Of a stretch of 64,000 nucleotides of DNA, positions 13,458 through 27,341 are shown piece by piece. Made by a program: the position numbers and the translations under genes. The DNA comes from Squalus acanthias (Eukaryota), in assembly GCA_030390025.1 (NCBI GenBank), contig CM059432.1, positions 15,750,001 to 15,814,000 on the forward strand, in the 5' to 3' direction. A model generated the notes under the pieces. The model saw nothing but the letters and a program-made list of their open reading frames with translations. It was not told where the DNA came from and did no database searches. Every line of letters starts with the position of its first letter. Positions within the stretch are counted from its first letter, which is position 1.

Positions 13458-14056
13458 TGAGGCAGCACTGCCGGCAAGGCGGGCAGCCTGATAGGCTTCT
13501 TCCCCGTCGGGTGAGCTGCACGTGACCAGTGCCAACAGCCACAATTATCTGGATAAGGCCGAGGACCAATTTCTATCGATCCTTGCCCCTCTTGATTTGG
13601 GCGCACGTCGCCAACCAGACGAATATTTGCCCCTAAAACTCCAAAGTCTAGAAATAGCTGTCTGCAATATTAGTGCAGTGACGCTTATTGCACTCATGAC
13701 GTTTCTCTGTCCATTGTTTCAATGGGTGTTGCCCAGTGACCACTGTTCCCCCTTAATTTTATTTGGGCGCGCAGTCCATTTAACGGACTGTGCGGCCCAT
13801 TCAAAATGTCAGTGTCCCATTGAAAAGCCGGTGATTGGCCAGCCCGGGACCTCCAGACACGCGCAACTTAACAGGAACATTGCCAGGGACATGTTACCTG
13901 GCGCATTTGCCCATTCAAGGAATGAATGATACCTGCTTTCACTGCTGGAGGGTTGCGAATGAGGTTTGTTATTATAAAAACGTGGTATAAATCATACAAT
14001 GCACTGCCGCCAGTAATTCATTCTCGGACCAAGACTAAAACAATTCTGAATTACAG

Positions 14057-14197
14057 CGAAACGTGGAGGGAGAGAACTGTGACCAGTGCAAGCCCGGGTT
14101 CTACAATCTGCAGGAGAGAAATCCTGAAGGCTGCACAGAATGTTTCTGCTTTGGACTCTCTGGTGTTTGTGAAAGCATTTCCTGGCCTATTATACAG
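14057..14197 (+). CDS. LAMA1: Laminin alpha-1 exon (~exon 11)
   Basis: tacAG|...|GTgagt, 141 nt; [47 protein letters not shown]. Confidence 0.93.
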
Positions 14198-16289
14198 GTG
14201 AGTGCTAACTGGTTAACTATGCTTGATTTACATTTGCCAAATATTTGTCCTTGCGGAATTGAACCATGCAGTGTTCTCACTTAAATTGGAAAAAGATGAA
14301 GATGGATGTTTTGCAAACCATTATAAATCCTGCACAGTGCTTGTAGCTCAGAGTCAGTAGAATAGTGCAAGATGAAGTTTAGCTCTACACTCTTTCTTTG
14401 AAAGCGTTTAAAACATTGTTGTTGCGGATTTGTAAGCTGTCGCTATGCTGGAGGTTATTAAATCAGCTCTGCGTTTATAGTTGTCTGTTGCTGTGTTGCA
14501 AAATTGCTTAGCAAGGCGACACAGCCTATTAACTCTCCCTTTAAACTGTGAAGCTGTACAGAAGAAAATTGCATGGATTTTATGACATTTTGGTGTCTGT
14601 AAATTGCCTTGTAGCCTTCTCAGCCGTTGCACAGAAGTCTTGGACTTAATAAACGTGCAAGAATTTTTAGAACCAGGTAAAGGTCTTTAGGCCCAAACAA
14701 GTCAATACTTCACCACGGAATGGAATTAACTCTCAAGCCATCGGGCAGGAGGAAGGGAGAGTTTTCACTTGTAACAGAGCAGGAAATGCCTGACCTGTGT
14801 TCTTCAAGTTTCATTTAATCTGGATATTGGCTCCAGTTTGCCAATATGCCATGCAGTGATTGGAATGATTATTAGGCAGTATTATGAGTGCCATGCAAAG
14901 GTATTTATATTGAAAAATTCACCTTAAAATTAATAAACTTTTCAATCAAACTAAAAGATGTAAACCTTAATTGTTGCTGCAATTATAAAGTTTTGTTTCA
15001 CAGTTTAAATGAAACTCATCGCACCATCTCCAACTCTAATTCATTCTTTTTCAGGGCATCAAAGCATTGGAACTCCTTACCTTCCTTAGTCCTTCCTTTG
15101 ACCTTTATCAGGGTCTTATATAATCTACAGACATTTAAAATCCGCTTGGTGTCACCCAACGTCTATAATTGATTTATACCTCTTCTCCTTTTCTATCATT
15201 TGCATACTTGGTAACATGCTACGCTGTGGACCTTGACCCCCTTCATATCGATTTCTCAATTCCAAGGCAGTTTAATCAAAATCTAACCGTAGGCTCTTTG
15301 TATGGACGTTGGGTGATAAATTAGACTTCCGCCTGAAGGGGGCGCCATGTCAGCAGAGTGTCCGCTGCGCTCCTCTCTCCCCCCCCGTCCCTCCGTCCCC
15401 CCGTCCCCCCCGTGCCCCCGTTTGTGCTGGGGTGGGGTCCAAACCAAATTCAGGATCGGACCGCATTTAAATGCCACCGGTAAGCGTCAGGCGACAAACG
15501 AACGCCCCCCCCCCCCACTGCGACTCGCCGGCTGTGAGAGGGCCAGAAATCAGTTTGCTCCTACGCTGAACCATCTGGCAAATCGGGTCTGGGGTGGGGG
15601 GACGCGGCAGAGGTGATCCTGGGGAGCCTCGAACAGACCGGCAGCGGGCCAGAGTTTTTCTTGGGGCCCAGGGTGAGCTGCTCCTGCTGCTCCTGGGCCT
15701 GCAAAAAATAGAAACTCAAAATTTCCTGGGCCGTTTGTGGAGCAGCCTCCAGCGATTAGGCCGCGCATGCTCCACCCATTTGCAGCCCCCATTTTGCAAT
15801 CGTGGTCCTACAGCCATTATAGGACCCCCTATTTCCATATTTAAGCAGCCTTGCGCTTGTTTCAGGTGGGCGTTCTACTCACCTATTTACGAGCCCGCCT
15901 GAATTATGCCTCAGGCGGGCCTTGGGTGTAAAGGGGGCGGATGAGGTGTTGTGCCCCCGCCCCCCGGACAAATTTCAACTGCTGGCTGCCCATATTTCAG
16001 GCCCCATTGTTTATTTAAACCCAAGCAACTTTGCTCTGACACGTGATCTAAATTACTCCTGCTTTCTGGAGGATTGCCTTTGTAAATCGAAAACCTTTCA
16101 AAGCATTGAAGTTAATGAGTAGAAGTTTCATGTCAGACTAATCCAGTGTTCCGTTTAAATCAGCTGTCCCAAGAAACAAAAGGACAGGGACCTCCCTTAT
16201 TCTAATTACTGCACTAATGGTTGGGTAGGTAATTCCCCTGCCTGAACATATAAAAAATCAATTTGATTTAAATATGTCCAAAAGAAAGA

Positions 16290-16665
16290 TAAGAACATAA
16301 GAAATAGGAGCAGGAGTAGGCCATTTGGCCCCTCGAGCCTGCTCCGCCATTCAATAAGATCATGGCTGATCTTCTACGTCAACTCCACTTTCCTGCACTA
16401 TCCCCATATCCCTTGATTCCCTTAATATTCAAAAATCTATCGATCTCTGTCTTGAATATACTCAACGACTGAGCCTCCACAGCCCTCTGGGGTAGAGAAT
16501 TCCAAAGATTCACCACCCTCTGAGTGAAGAAATTTCTCCTCATCTCAGTCCTAAATGGCCGACCCCTTATTCTGAGACTGCGACCCCTGGTTCTAGACTC
16601 CCCAGCCAGGGAAACATCCTCCCTGCATCTACCCTGTCAAGCCCTGTAATAATTTTTTATGTTTC
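16290..16665 (-). mobile_element. CR1-type LINE 3' fragment
   Basis: taagaacataagaaataggagcaggagtaggcc tail and TEMRRNFFTQRVV-coding sequence. Confidence 0.85.
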
Positions 16666-16986
16666 AAAGATACGTGACTCAAGCATGTTCCCATTCTGAA
16701 TATTTGTTTTTTTGAAACACATTGAAGTGATTGATTGTTCATTCCACTGAGCGACCAGTTTGTTATTTTTAACACAGAACTTTGTATGGTATTTAAGTAC
16801 TGACTTTTTGTAAATAAAGAATACCATAGATGTAGTCCAATATTGGTTATCATTTAATTTGTACATCATTTTCATCAGCATTGTTGACCCATTGGTGAAT
16901 GGCATTAATTATATTTGTACCTGTGCAGAATCTTGTAATTAACAATGCAAGACAAATATTGCACCATTTACATTTTTATTCTGAAG

Positions 16987-17160
16987 GTCATGGATGTTAA
17001 TAGCTGGCAAGTGACTGATCGTCAGGGTATAAAGAGGGTGCGACCCTATCAGGATCTGTTTGATGGCCCCAACCAAATGAGCATTAACAACACCGAAGCC
17101 AGAAAATCTCTGCCTGCTTTGTATTACTGGACAGCTCCAGAATCATACTTGGGTAATAAG
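16987..17160 (+). CDS. LAMA1: Laminin alpha-1 exon (~exon 12), L4a domain start
   Basis: gaAG|...|GTaaat, 174 nt; VMDVNSWQVTD...LYYWTAPESYLGNK, containing the laminin IV YW.AP..YLGNK motif. Confidence 0.92.
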
Positions 17161-17906
17161 GTAAATCGATTTTTTTTTTTTTAAGTTTAAATTGAACCCT
17201 TTATTTTGAAATTGAAATTTAAAAACGTGTTTGGAGATTATTGCCTTGACTGGCTGATGAGAAAATGGCCAATAAAGTTTTATTTATAAAGGAAAGAATT
17301 AACTTTGCTCGGGGAGACAGTTCAAGTATGGAGAGCGACACCGTTTTAGCGACATGCCTTAAATTTAGTAGAAAATGCCGGATTACACTCACAATACAGG
17401 TAAATGTACTGCACATGTGTCCATTCACTTAACAAACATCTACCACCATTCAGTGACCAAGGAAGTAAAGCACCCACAGCGAACAAAAAGTACTCGCACA
17501 CTCTGTTTTTCATCTTAACCATTTTACAAACAAACGCACAAAGAGGTTAAAGTACACGCATGCGAATAACAAATATTGAGATGCCCAGCAAAGGTGTCTA
17601 TTACTCATTTCTTATTTACTAATCAGAAATGCAGTTAGCCACATCTGGATTCCCAATTTGCCGCATGTGTCCAGTGGCTAATGTATTGGACGACACTGAT
17701 CGACAACCCCCTTCACCCCATAGAATGCGACCACCCAGTGAAAGCTCCGTCCAGCCGATACCCCCTTTCTACAGGCATTGCCCCTGACAAATATCGCATT
17801 TGCCACTGGTTGTAAATTGCAGACTGCCTGATGTGACAAATGGTTCCTATGGTGGATTGGAAGGATGTGATGGCATGAAAACTTCATGAAGGCCTTGTCT
17901 TGAGGA

Positions 17907-18004
17907 CAAAAATGAGAAGTCGCACAACACCAGGTTATAGTCCAACAGTTTTATTTGAAATTACGAGCTTTCGGAGCTCTGCTTCTTCTTCAGGTACAGG
18001 TACA
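17907..18004 (-). mobile_element. 98-bp hammerhead-containing mini-insertion, family B, 12-bp TSD
   Basis: ttgtcttgagga at 17895-17906 and 18005-18016; minus strand gtac-CTGAAGA-agaagc.aga.gctcc-GAA-AGCT-C-gtaa (17961-17997). Confidence 0.8.
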
Positions 18005-18714
18005 TTGTCTTGAGGAAGACAAGGCCATTCCTGTTCCAGATGTTGTCTGCGGGTTATCCCGCAGCAGATGCCACATACCCTGTGGCAGCCACCCTTGTGA
18101 AGCAGAAGCTCAAAAGACAAGTCTCTTGCATGTCCAGGTCGAGGTGGCGGGTTGAATAAACACAGATGCGGGGGTAGTGTTGGTGCAGGCAGAATGTTTC
18201 AAGTCTTGTTGCAACCTTCATTTCTGGCTCCTCACAATCCACAGTACTATCTCAATGCACAAAGTAATTCCGATGTTCACCACTTGATATGGTTCCATTT
18301 AATAAAAGCAGCTACCAAGCTATAGGGAGGAGAATACTGGCAGGAAAAAACCCCAAAATATTAATAATGGTGCACTACACCAACTAATGCATGGAGCAGA
18401 ATGCAGCAAAACTTAACAGAAAGGACAAAATAAACAAATATTCTTCGAAGTAACTGCAACATTAACCTTTCTTGTTTGCCTAACTCATAAGTCTATATCC
18501 TCAGCACTCTTGTGATATGGAGTCGTTTCACAAAGGACAACAAATGTCCTGGTTCTGTTTTAGAAGCGGAGAGAAAGCCTCGGAAATTGAGGCATCGTGA
18601 AAGAGTCCATTTTTTAAAAAAAGGAGCCGGGACACCAGCTTCCAAAAACACCAGATTGTAAGAGGAAATATTTACATACATCAGCCTGAGAGAGAGAGAG
18701 ACAAACTACTTGAG

Positions 18715-19985
18715 AGAGGCAAAAGAACCAGAGGAGACATGAGGAAGCATTTTTTTTACACCGCGAGTTGGTGTGATCGGAAATGCACTGCCTGAAAGGG
18801 CGGTGGAAGCAGATTCAGTAGTAACTTTCCAAAGGGAATTGGATAAATACTTGAAGGAATTTATTTTTACTGGGCTATGGGGAAAGAGCAAGGGGAGTGG
18901 GGCTAATTGGATAGCTCTACCAAAGAGCAGGCACAGGTACGATGGGCCAAATGGCCTCCTTCTGTGCTGTGTCAATCTATGACTCTATTAAGAAATCTTA
19001 TGAGGGGCATAGATAGCGTAGATAGAAAGGAACTTATCCCCTTAGTAGAGGGGTCAATAACCAAGGGGCATAGTTTCAAGGTAAGGGGCAGGAGGTTTAG
19101 AGGGGATTTGAGGAAAAACTTTTTCACCCAGAGGGTGGTTGGAATCTGGAACTCACTGCCTGAAAGGGTGGTAGAGGCAGGAACCCTCACAACATTCAAG
19201 AAGCATTTAGATGAGCACTTGAAACGCCATAGCATACAAGGCTACGGACCAAGTGCTGGAAAATGGGATTAGAATAGACAGGGCTTGATGGCCGGCGCGG
19301 ACACGATGGGCCGAAGGGCCTCTTTCTATGCTGTATCACTCTATGACTCTATCTACTTAGGAACAGGAGTAGGCCATTCAGCCCCTCGAGCCTGTTCCAT
19401 CATTCAGTTGGAGCATGGCTGATCTGTATATTAACTCCATCTACCCACCTTGGTTCTGTAACCCTTAATACTATTGCCCAACTAAAACCTATCAACTTTA
19501 ATTTTAAAATTTTCAATTGACCCCCAGCCTCAACAGCTTTCTGCAAGAGAGAGAGTTCCAGATTTCCACTACCCTTTGTGTGAAGAAGTGCTTCCTGACA
19601 TCATCCCTGAACGGCCTAGCTCTAATTTTAAGGTTCTGCCCCCTTGTCCTGGATTCTCCCACCAGAGGAAATAGTTTCTCTCTATCTACCCGATCAACTC
19701 CTTTCATCATCTTAAACACTTCAATTAGATCACCCTTTCAATCTTCTACACTCAAGGGACTGCAAGCCTAGTCTGTGCAATCTGTTCTCATAATTTAACC
19801 CTTTTAGCTCCGCAATCATTCTGGTGAATCTTCACTGCACTCCCCTCCAAGGCCAATATATTCCTCCTGAGTTGCAGTGCCCAGAACTGTATGCACTACT
19901 CTAAATTTGGGTCTAACCAGTGTTTTATATACCTGGAACATAACTTCCACTCGCTTGTATTCAAGCCCCCTTAAGATAAAGGCCA
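18715..19985. mobile_element. Cluster of three CR1-type 3' fragments (+, +, -)
   Basis: ORFs 18773, 18907 and 19513(-) with WNSLP/FFTQRVV motifs. Confidence 0.82.
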
Positions 19986-20374
19986 ACCCTTGAGCAGACC
20001 AGGCCCCAGGAACCTGGATTTGCCCATTTTATTTATCGCTGAGGTGCAAACTGTGGGAAGAGCTCAACCGGTTAGGAAATTAAGATGAGGGATCCAATGG
20101 TAAATACTTATTCTATTGCAATGAGGCCCATGCAAGCTGGTAGCAAGGCCTCATTTTATTCCATGCAAATTGTGCCTGAGAAGATCGGGCATGGGTTGTT
20201 TTCAGTTGCGCATGATCAGAGCCCTGATTAGCCAACCTATGATCGCTTCTCATGAGTCTCCTCATCGTCAGCGAAGCCTTAAAAAAATCGGGGCTTTAGA
20301 ACTTCACTGAGAGGAGTCATCATTGGATTCTGTACCGCTTCAGTTCTGATTTTAGTTTCTCTTTAATAAATATT

Positions 20375-20495
20375 CTGGTTCCTACATTACAACACTGACT
20401 ACACTTCAGAAGCACTTCAATGGCTGTAAAGCGCTTTGGGATGTCCTGAGATTGTGAAAGGCGCTGTATAAATGCGAGTCTTCCTTTTTTTTCCC
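20375..20495 (+). mobile_element. SINE 3' tail abutting the acceptor of LAMA1 exon ~13
   Basis: ttcctacattacaac...gtaaagcgctttggg...gcgctgtataaatgcgagtcttcc matches the tails at 2740-2850 and 26630-26740. Confidence 0.75.
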
Positions 20496-20502
20496 TTCCC
20501 AG

Positions 20503-20604
20503 CTGACTGCCTATGGAGGATACCTGAAGTTCACTGTGTTGTACGATTTTCCAATGGAAAGCACCGACAATGAGCTGACTTCTAATATTGATGTCATTAT
20601 TGAG
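20503..20604 (+). CDS. LAMA1: Laminin alpha-1 exon (~exon 13), L4a domain
   Basis: cccAG|...|GTaagg, 102 nt; LTAYGGYLKFTVLYDFPMESTDNELTSNIDVIIE. Confidence 0.92.
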
Positions 20605-20672
20605 GTAAGGATGCTGGAAACAATTACAAATTGAATAAAACTGATTGCACAGAGAAACAACTCCCAAACTAT

Positions 20673-21508
20673 GGGGGCGATTTTGCCAGCCCTGGGGAGG
20701 CGGGTATGAAGGTGGGACTGCCGGGAAAATGGCAGAATTTGGAGGCGGGTGCCCAACTGCCCCCAACCCACCATCTTCCCAGGAGGCGGGTAGCCGTCCC
20801 GCGCCGGGTCCCGTCTCCTTGGAGGCGGGAAGGGATTAAAGCCTATTAACTGTCTGTTAACAGGTAGTTAACAGGCAGAAAATAGGATTATCCCCTTTTT
20901 GCCCTCACAAGTGCGGGCTTCCCGAAGGCTCCAAAACCCGCCAGCTCAGCGAGGCGAGTACTGGGTCTGCGGGGGTCAGGGGGATGCAAAAGTGTGGTGT
21001 GAAGGTAAGTGATGGGTGCAAGAGTGTAGAGGTGAGTATCTGAGGTAAGTGCAAAGTGTTTTTAAAAGTGTACTTACCTTTGTTTCTTCCTGCAGGCTTC
21101 CGTCGGTGTGTATGCGGAGAGTCTCGGACCTCCGTGTTGCAGATGAGAGATGGCCGTTGCATTCTCAGATGCAACAACCATCTAATTTCTGTAAAACAAA
21201 GAAGTTTGGTAAGGTGTTGTAAGCAAGACCTCATCAAACTGCAGAGAATGTTACTGTTTGACAGCTTCACAGAGCTGTCAAACGATAACAATTCATCTGT
21301 CAAAAATTTTTGACAGGTGAAACGTCATACATTAACGTGCTCTGCAACCGGCTTTCCCTTAATTGGCCTGCTCAGCCCGCTGGGCGGACTTAACAAGGTC
21401 AATCAAGGGAAAATAGTGTGGGTTGGCTACAAATCGATGGAGGTGGGACATCGACCCGACAAGCAGCAGTCCCGCCTCCAATGCGCCCCCATTCACAAAA
21501 TTGCCCCC
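20673..21508. mobile_element. MITE family 3, 3-bp TAT TSD
   Basis: TIR gggggcgattttg / caaaattgccccc, tat flanks. Confidence 0.7.
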
Positions 21509-22654
21509 TATGATGCCGGAGGTCTGTGCACATTGTACATATTCTTGCTGAGCGCACTTCTTGGAGGTGACATACATTGAAAGGGTAATTCTGGGCTCAC
21601 AGTGGAGTGAGTGTGGGTCAGAGATAGGGCTATAATATAACCCCAGTTCTCTGACCCTCTTCCCCAGAAGCAGGGAATCATGCAATTATCCCTTTCGCCT
21701 ACACGTTACATGCAGGTCACCAGTATGTTTTCTGTTTTAGCTCCTGTAAAACATTATTTACACCCAGGAAGTAAATTGGACACAGTTTGAAGGATGATTT
21801 TCATTTGTCACAGTAATTCATATACAGAAGTATGTTATTAAGCAAAAGTGAACCCGTAGGACTCACGCAGTTAATGATTTACAATAAAAGCCTGCTTAAT
21901 CCTGGGAAACTCCCATGTGGTGAATCTCATTAAAAACCCCTTTTGTTGATGCCAGAAGGCATTAATGTCCTTTTGTAAACCTTATTGAGCGTCTAATACT
22001 TGGAGCATACTGATAGCTGGCAGGTCCACACAAACTGCCTAAAACCCAAAATTAGCAAAATACCACCAACATTGATGAGCTGCAAGACTGTAATCTAATC
22101 TCTGGGATTAATTGCTGTAAATTAATTCAATTCCCTCTTGTGATTTATTAAACTGAAGCCCTTGATTAGATTACATAGAGCATGCTGGCTAAATGGGAGT
22201 AATTACAAGAGAAGAATCTCATCAAGGGGTGCAAATGATGTCATTAACTATGAAAGCAATTTGCTTTGTCACCTAAAATGCAAAATGCGATTATTTTCAT
22301 GATAGTCACTCACATGTGCTCATCAACAACCAGAACATCTTCTATTTATATCGAGCCTTTGACATAGTAAAACGTCCCAAGGAACATTCCCTTTAAGCTG
22401 CGCGGCCACTCGGTGCTCTGGAGATCCCACGCAACCGGCCCACCGGCTGTTAAATGGGAGAAACCGCGCGTGGCACGGAATTTTGAAGGGGCCGCTTCAT
22501 CCAAAAAATATTAAATGCAACATTGGTCCCAAGGCGCTTCAGAGGAGCGTCATAAAACAAAATGTGACACGGCGCCACATAAGGAGAAATTAGGGCAGAT
22601 GACCAAAAGCTTGGTCAAAGAGGTAGGTTTTAAGGAGCGTCTTTTTCTTAAAAA

Positions 22655-23178
22655 TTTATGGGATCTGGGCGTCGCTGGCAAGGCCAGCATTTATTGCCCA
22701 TCCCTAGTTGCCCTTGAGAAGGTGGTGGTGAGCCGCCTTCTTGAACCGCTGCAGTCCGTGTGGTGAAGGTACCCCCACAGTGCTGTTAGGGAGGGAGTTC
22801 CAGGATTTTGTCCCAGCGACGATGAAGGATCGGCGATATACTTCTAAGTCAGGATGGTGTGTGACTTGGAGGGGAACTTGGAGGTGGTGGTGTTCCCATG
22901 CGCCTGCTGCCCTTGTCCTTCTAGGTGGAAGAGGTCGCGGGTTTGGAAGGTGCTGCCGAAGAAGCCTTGGCGAGTTGCTGCAGTGCATCTTGTAGATGGT
23001 ATACACTGCAGCCACAGAACGCCGGTGGTGAAGGGAGTGAATGTTTAAGGTGGTGGATGGGGTGCCAGTCAAGCGGGCTGCTTTGTCCTGGATGGTGTCG
23101 AGCTTCCTGAGTGTTGTTGGAGCTGCACTCATCCAGGCAAGTGGAGAGTATTCCATCACACTCCTTACTTGTGCCTTG
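22655..23178 (-). mobile_element. CR1/L2-group LINE 3' fragment nested in an L2 remnant
   Basis: MEYSPLAWMSAAPTTLRKLDTIQDKAARL...KSWNSLP; same family as 46500-47352; L2 sequence on both sides. Confidence 0.8.
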
Positions 23179-24642
23179 TGGTCTTAAAGGAGGAGAGGGA
23201 GAAGTAGAGAGGCGGAGCGGTTTAGGCAGGGAGTTCCAGAGCTCAGAGCCTTGGCAGCTGAAGGTGTGGCCGACAATGCTGGAGCGATTAAAATCGGGGA
23301 TGTTCAAGAGGCCAGAATTAGAGGAGTGCGGGTATCTCGGAGGGTTCCACTTTTTTATGATGTATATTTGTTTTGATTCTGAGTCAGAAAATAATGGGTT
23401 CAACCCCCACAGCAAGACTTCATCACATAACCTAGGCTGGCACTCCACTACAGTACTGAGGAGACTCTGTATTGTCACATGTACTGCCCTTCGGATAAGA
23501 TGTTAAAGTGAGGCTCTGTTTTGTTATTCTAGCTGTCTAGATGACTGTGAAAGATGCAATAGCTCTAGCTGCCCTATTATCATGCTCTTTCAGTTTGAGC
23601 TGTAGATTCAGTGGTAAGGATGCTTGAAAAATCGTTCCCCTCCTGCTGAAGAGTGGACAGTGCCAGTCCCTCCACCCTGATCTCCTTTTCTTCTCGCCCC
23701 TCCTGTTTGTTGATAAGCAAAGTTTTTCTTGAAATAAGTCAGTCAGTTCCCCTAAATTGGGTGCTGTCACCTTACAGATAGTAATGATGAGGGCTGTGTG
23801 ATTTCATTCAATTTCACACTGATGGCATTGACGGAGGAGGGAGAAGGGCAAGGAATAATATTTAACGGGACACCATTTGGCAAACTTTTGCTCAGCTTCC
23901 ATGGGGCATATTTTGCTCCATTTGCTAACTTTATGCTCACCCTGACTTATTAGCTTCAGTTCGCAAGCAGAAAAAAATATTCCTCCAGTGGCGCGATCAA
24001 GTTGAAACCCAACATCATCACACTTCTACATGATATCACCAATAAAGATGTGATTGACAGGCTCTTTTACCTCCCAAAGAGACGGCCTTGTAACAAATGT
24101 TTTGTGCTCTTTGATTTTTAGTGCCAGCTTTATTTAAGCTAACTCGCACCTCCAGGTCAGACAGTTGTAGTTCATGTTTCATTCCAGGACTTGCTTATGT
24201 AATCTAGCCTGACACTTCAGTGCAGTACTGAGGAGGTGCTGCATTGTCAGCGATGCCATCCTTTAGAAGAGACATTAAACTGCGTGTTCCAGTGGTTCAG
24301 GTCAACATAAAAGATCCCATGGAACTATTTCAAAAAGGGTAGGGAGTTCTTCCATTCTCTGGGCCAACATTGCTTCTTCAACCGACAATACCAAGAACAA
24401 ATTGGTCATTCATCTCCACGCTGCTCATGAAGTCTTGCTGTATGCAAGATAGCTGCCACATTTCCCCACATAATGAGACTCTGCTGAATTGCTCCTGTTT
24501 GAAGCTTTGATATTATTGTTTAATGACGCATTTAATCACAGTATTGTTCTGACTGGATTACAATATTTTTTCCAGTGCTGCACAGCACGGTAAATGCTCT
24601 CTCTTATTTTGTAAACTGACTGTGCACATTTTGATCATTTAG

Positions 24643-24854
24643 GGCAATGGTCGAACGCTGAGTACAGGGTCCGATGGCCTTCTGCTCCAACCATATGAAG
24701 AACAATTGGTTGCAGTTCGACTCCTACCCGAAAACTTTGTGGACCTTAATACAAATAATGCAATAGACCGAGATCGACTCATGACCGTTCTAGTAAATGT
24801 AACACGCCTGCAGATCAGGGCCACATACAACATTGCCAGAAAGGCTGTGTACAG
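24643..24854 (+). CDS. LAMA1: Laminin alpha-1 exon (~exon 14), L4a domain
   Basis: tttAG|...|GTgagt, 212 nt; GNGRTLSTGSDGLLLQPYEEQLVAVRLLPENF...DRDRLMTVLVNVTRLQIRATYNIARKAVYR. Confidence 0.93.
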
Positions 24855-26272
24855 GTGAGTGTACACATTCAACAAGTGTAAAGGACTGCACAATGTCAAA
24901 AGAAAGTGTGATGAGAACTGTTACAAGTTTAGGGTCTTGCCTTCGATATTCCCTTGGATACAGTGGTAAGAGTCACCCCAGTAAGTGGTTTAATATGGTC
25001 TTATGGTTAGAGGTGTACCCATAGTGCAAATATCTAACTATAAGATAGCATAACTAAAGGCTGTAACAACCCTTGTGATCTGAACTGGATAGTCATGTCT
25101 TTTACATTTCAATTTAAAGGCGGACTGAAAAAAGCACCTGGTGAGATAAGGACAAGACCTGAATCTTTAAGCTGCTTTACTTCACAGCAAGTGTATGTAG
25201 AGAGCAACAATTATGATTTGAAAGAACACAAAAATAAGGGACACACTAAATGTCCCCACGTCAGTGGGCTATCTTGCTTGACTTTAAACAAAATAGCTTC
25301 TAACCAGCCTCCTGCAAGCTCCGTCTGAGCATGCTCAAGGCATGCTCTTGCAGCTTCTGTTTAACAACTTGACTGCCTTCACAGGCTTTGCTGGACCTGA
25401 CCGACTGCCTGTGTCTCTGTCTCTGTATTTTTTAAATCTTCCTTTGTTCACAGCCAGAAAAAAAACAGAGACTTCCCAGCACAATGGGTGTGAGGGGTGT
25501 TTTTTGCTGAGACAAACAAATAAATTGCTTATTATTTAATCTATGGGGAAACAACATCAAAGCTTATCTCATTAATATTTTAACTGCCAATCATCTCAAA
25601 GTCCTTTTTAACTTGTCTGAATACACTTTGCTTTAAAAACCACAACACTTAAAAATTACTTTTTTTTTTCTTAGTCTTTTCTGTGGAATAATAGTCAAAA
25701 AATTCCAAAATGTGATAAGTACTTTTAAGATTTGTCCGGTATCTAACAAATAGTTATCACACCAGGGAAGTGTGAGTTGCTGAACAATTTGCTGAAAGAT
25801 TTTCAACATCAATACTACCTTCAACATATCAAGTTGCAATTTGAGACTTACTCGAGTGTAATGTAGTGGTTGTAGTATTTAACTAGCAACCCAGAGGCCA
25901 TGAGTTCAAATCCCACCATAGTAAGTTGTGAAAGCCAGTTCAATAAATCAGGTAGCTTGAGGGATTACAAGAGAAAAATATCTATGAAAGCAGCCGTATA
26001 GTTGTAAAAACATAACTGGTTTATTAAAACTGTCACTCCTACTCAATCTGGTCTACACAGGAAATAATCCCATGCCATGACTCTTAAAATGGCTACTGAA
26101 ATGGCCGAGCAAGACACTCAGTTGAATAAACAATCATTTCTCCAATAGAGGATCCATTACCAGCTTCTCAGGCTAACGGGAGGAGATATCGTTAATTTAT
26201 TCAGACAGTTTTTTCTTCTTTGTCCGCCTACCCAGTTTACCCTGGCGCTCTCCCGCACTGCTCCCTCTCAGG

Positions 26273-26745
26273 TGTCTTCCGTGGCTCAGTTGGTAGCACG
26301 CTTGCCTCTGAGTCAGAAGGTTGTGGGTTCAAGCCCCACTCCAGAGACTTGAACACAAAAATCTAGGCTGACACTCCAGTGCAGTTCTGAGGGAGTGCGG
26401 CACTGTCGGAGGTGCCATCTTTCAGATGAGACGCTAAACCGAGGTCCCATCTGCTCTCTCAGGTGGATGTAAAAGATCCCATGACACTATTTCGAAGAAG
26501 AGCAAGGGAGTTATCCCCAGTGTCCTGGCCAATATTTATCCCTCAACTAACATCACTAAGCAAACAGATTACCTGGTCATTATCACATTACTGTTTGTGG
26601 GATCTTGCTGTGCACACATTGGCTGCTGCATTTCCTATATTACAACAGTGACTACACTTCAAAAGTATTTCATTGGCTGTAAAGTAATTTGGGACATCCT
26701 GAGGTTGTGAAAGGCACTATATAAATGCAAGACTTTTGATTTTTC
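26273..26745 (+). mobile_element. tRNA/Deu-like SINE, full length
   Basis: A-box tggctcagttgg, B-box gggttcaagccc, same body and tail as 2402-2852. Confidence 0.8.
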
Positions 26746-27113
26746 TCAGTTAACACTGGCACTCCCCCTGACTACTCCCTCTCAGTTAATAGTTCTCACC
26801 ATGCATTCTGAAACTCCCTCCAGCTGCATTCCCCTCACTCACAATGCATTCTGTCCTCTTCCCTTTATGGTACATTCTGACCCTTCCCCCCGTGACATGC
26901 ATTTTTCCCCTTTCCCTTCCCCTCCCCGTTGCCATGCATTTTCTCCCTCGGTATCCATTTCCCCCGCTCGCCTCTCCCCAAATCTGCTGGCTAACGCCCC
27001 AGACAGGTCTCTTACCACTTCTCCCACTGGCCAGGCTTGCTGACTCTGTAGATTGCAGGTGGGAACTCCTGTTCTTGCAAGTATACAGAGGCACCAATCC
27101 TGGCCATTAGTGC

Positions 27114-27341
27114 TGACGTAAGAAAACTACTAGGCACTTGGTCTAAGCGTTAAACAAAGCTTTAATCAACTGTTTTTCAACATGGAGATCAGTTGTGTCC
27201 TTCACTAGTTCCTGTTAAGGAATGTCCTGAGCAAGCTGGGCCCATGCCTGAGTATTTATACTCTCCCTGGACAGCGCCACCAGCAGGCCGCCCAGTATTA
27301 CTTCATAAGTCATTTCCACATGAATGACAAGATTCATGTCA
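27114..27341 (-). mobile_element. Solo LTR with 5-bp TSD (agtgc)
   Basis: TGAC...GTCA termini; minus-strand TATAAATA and ATTAAA; second copy at 44687-44912. Confidence 0.8.

Noticed and set aside
26273..26345. tRNA gene
   Set aside because: A and B boxes are present but continue into a SINE body repeated several times in the window; no convincing cloverleaf
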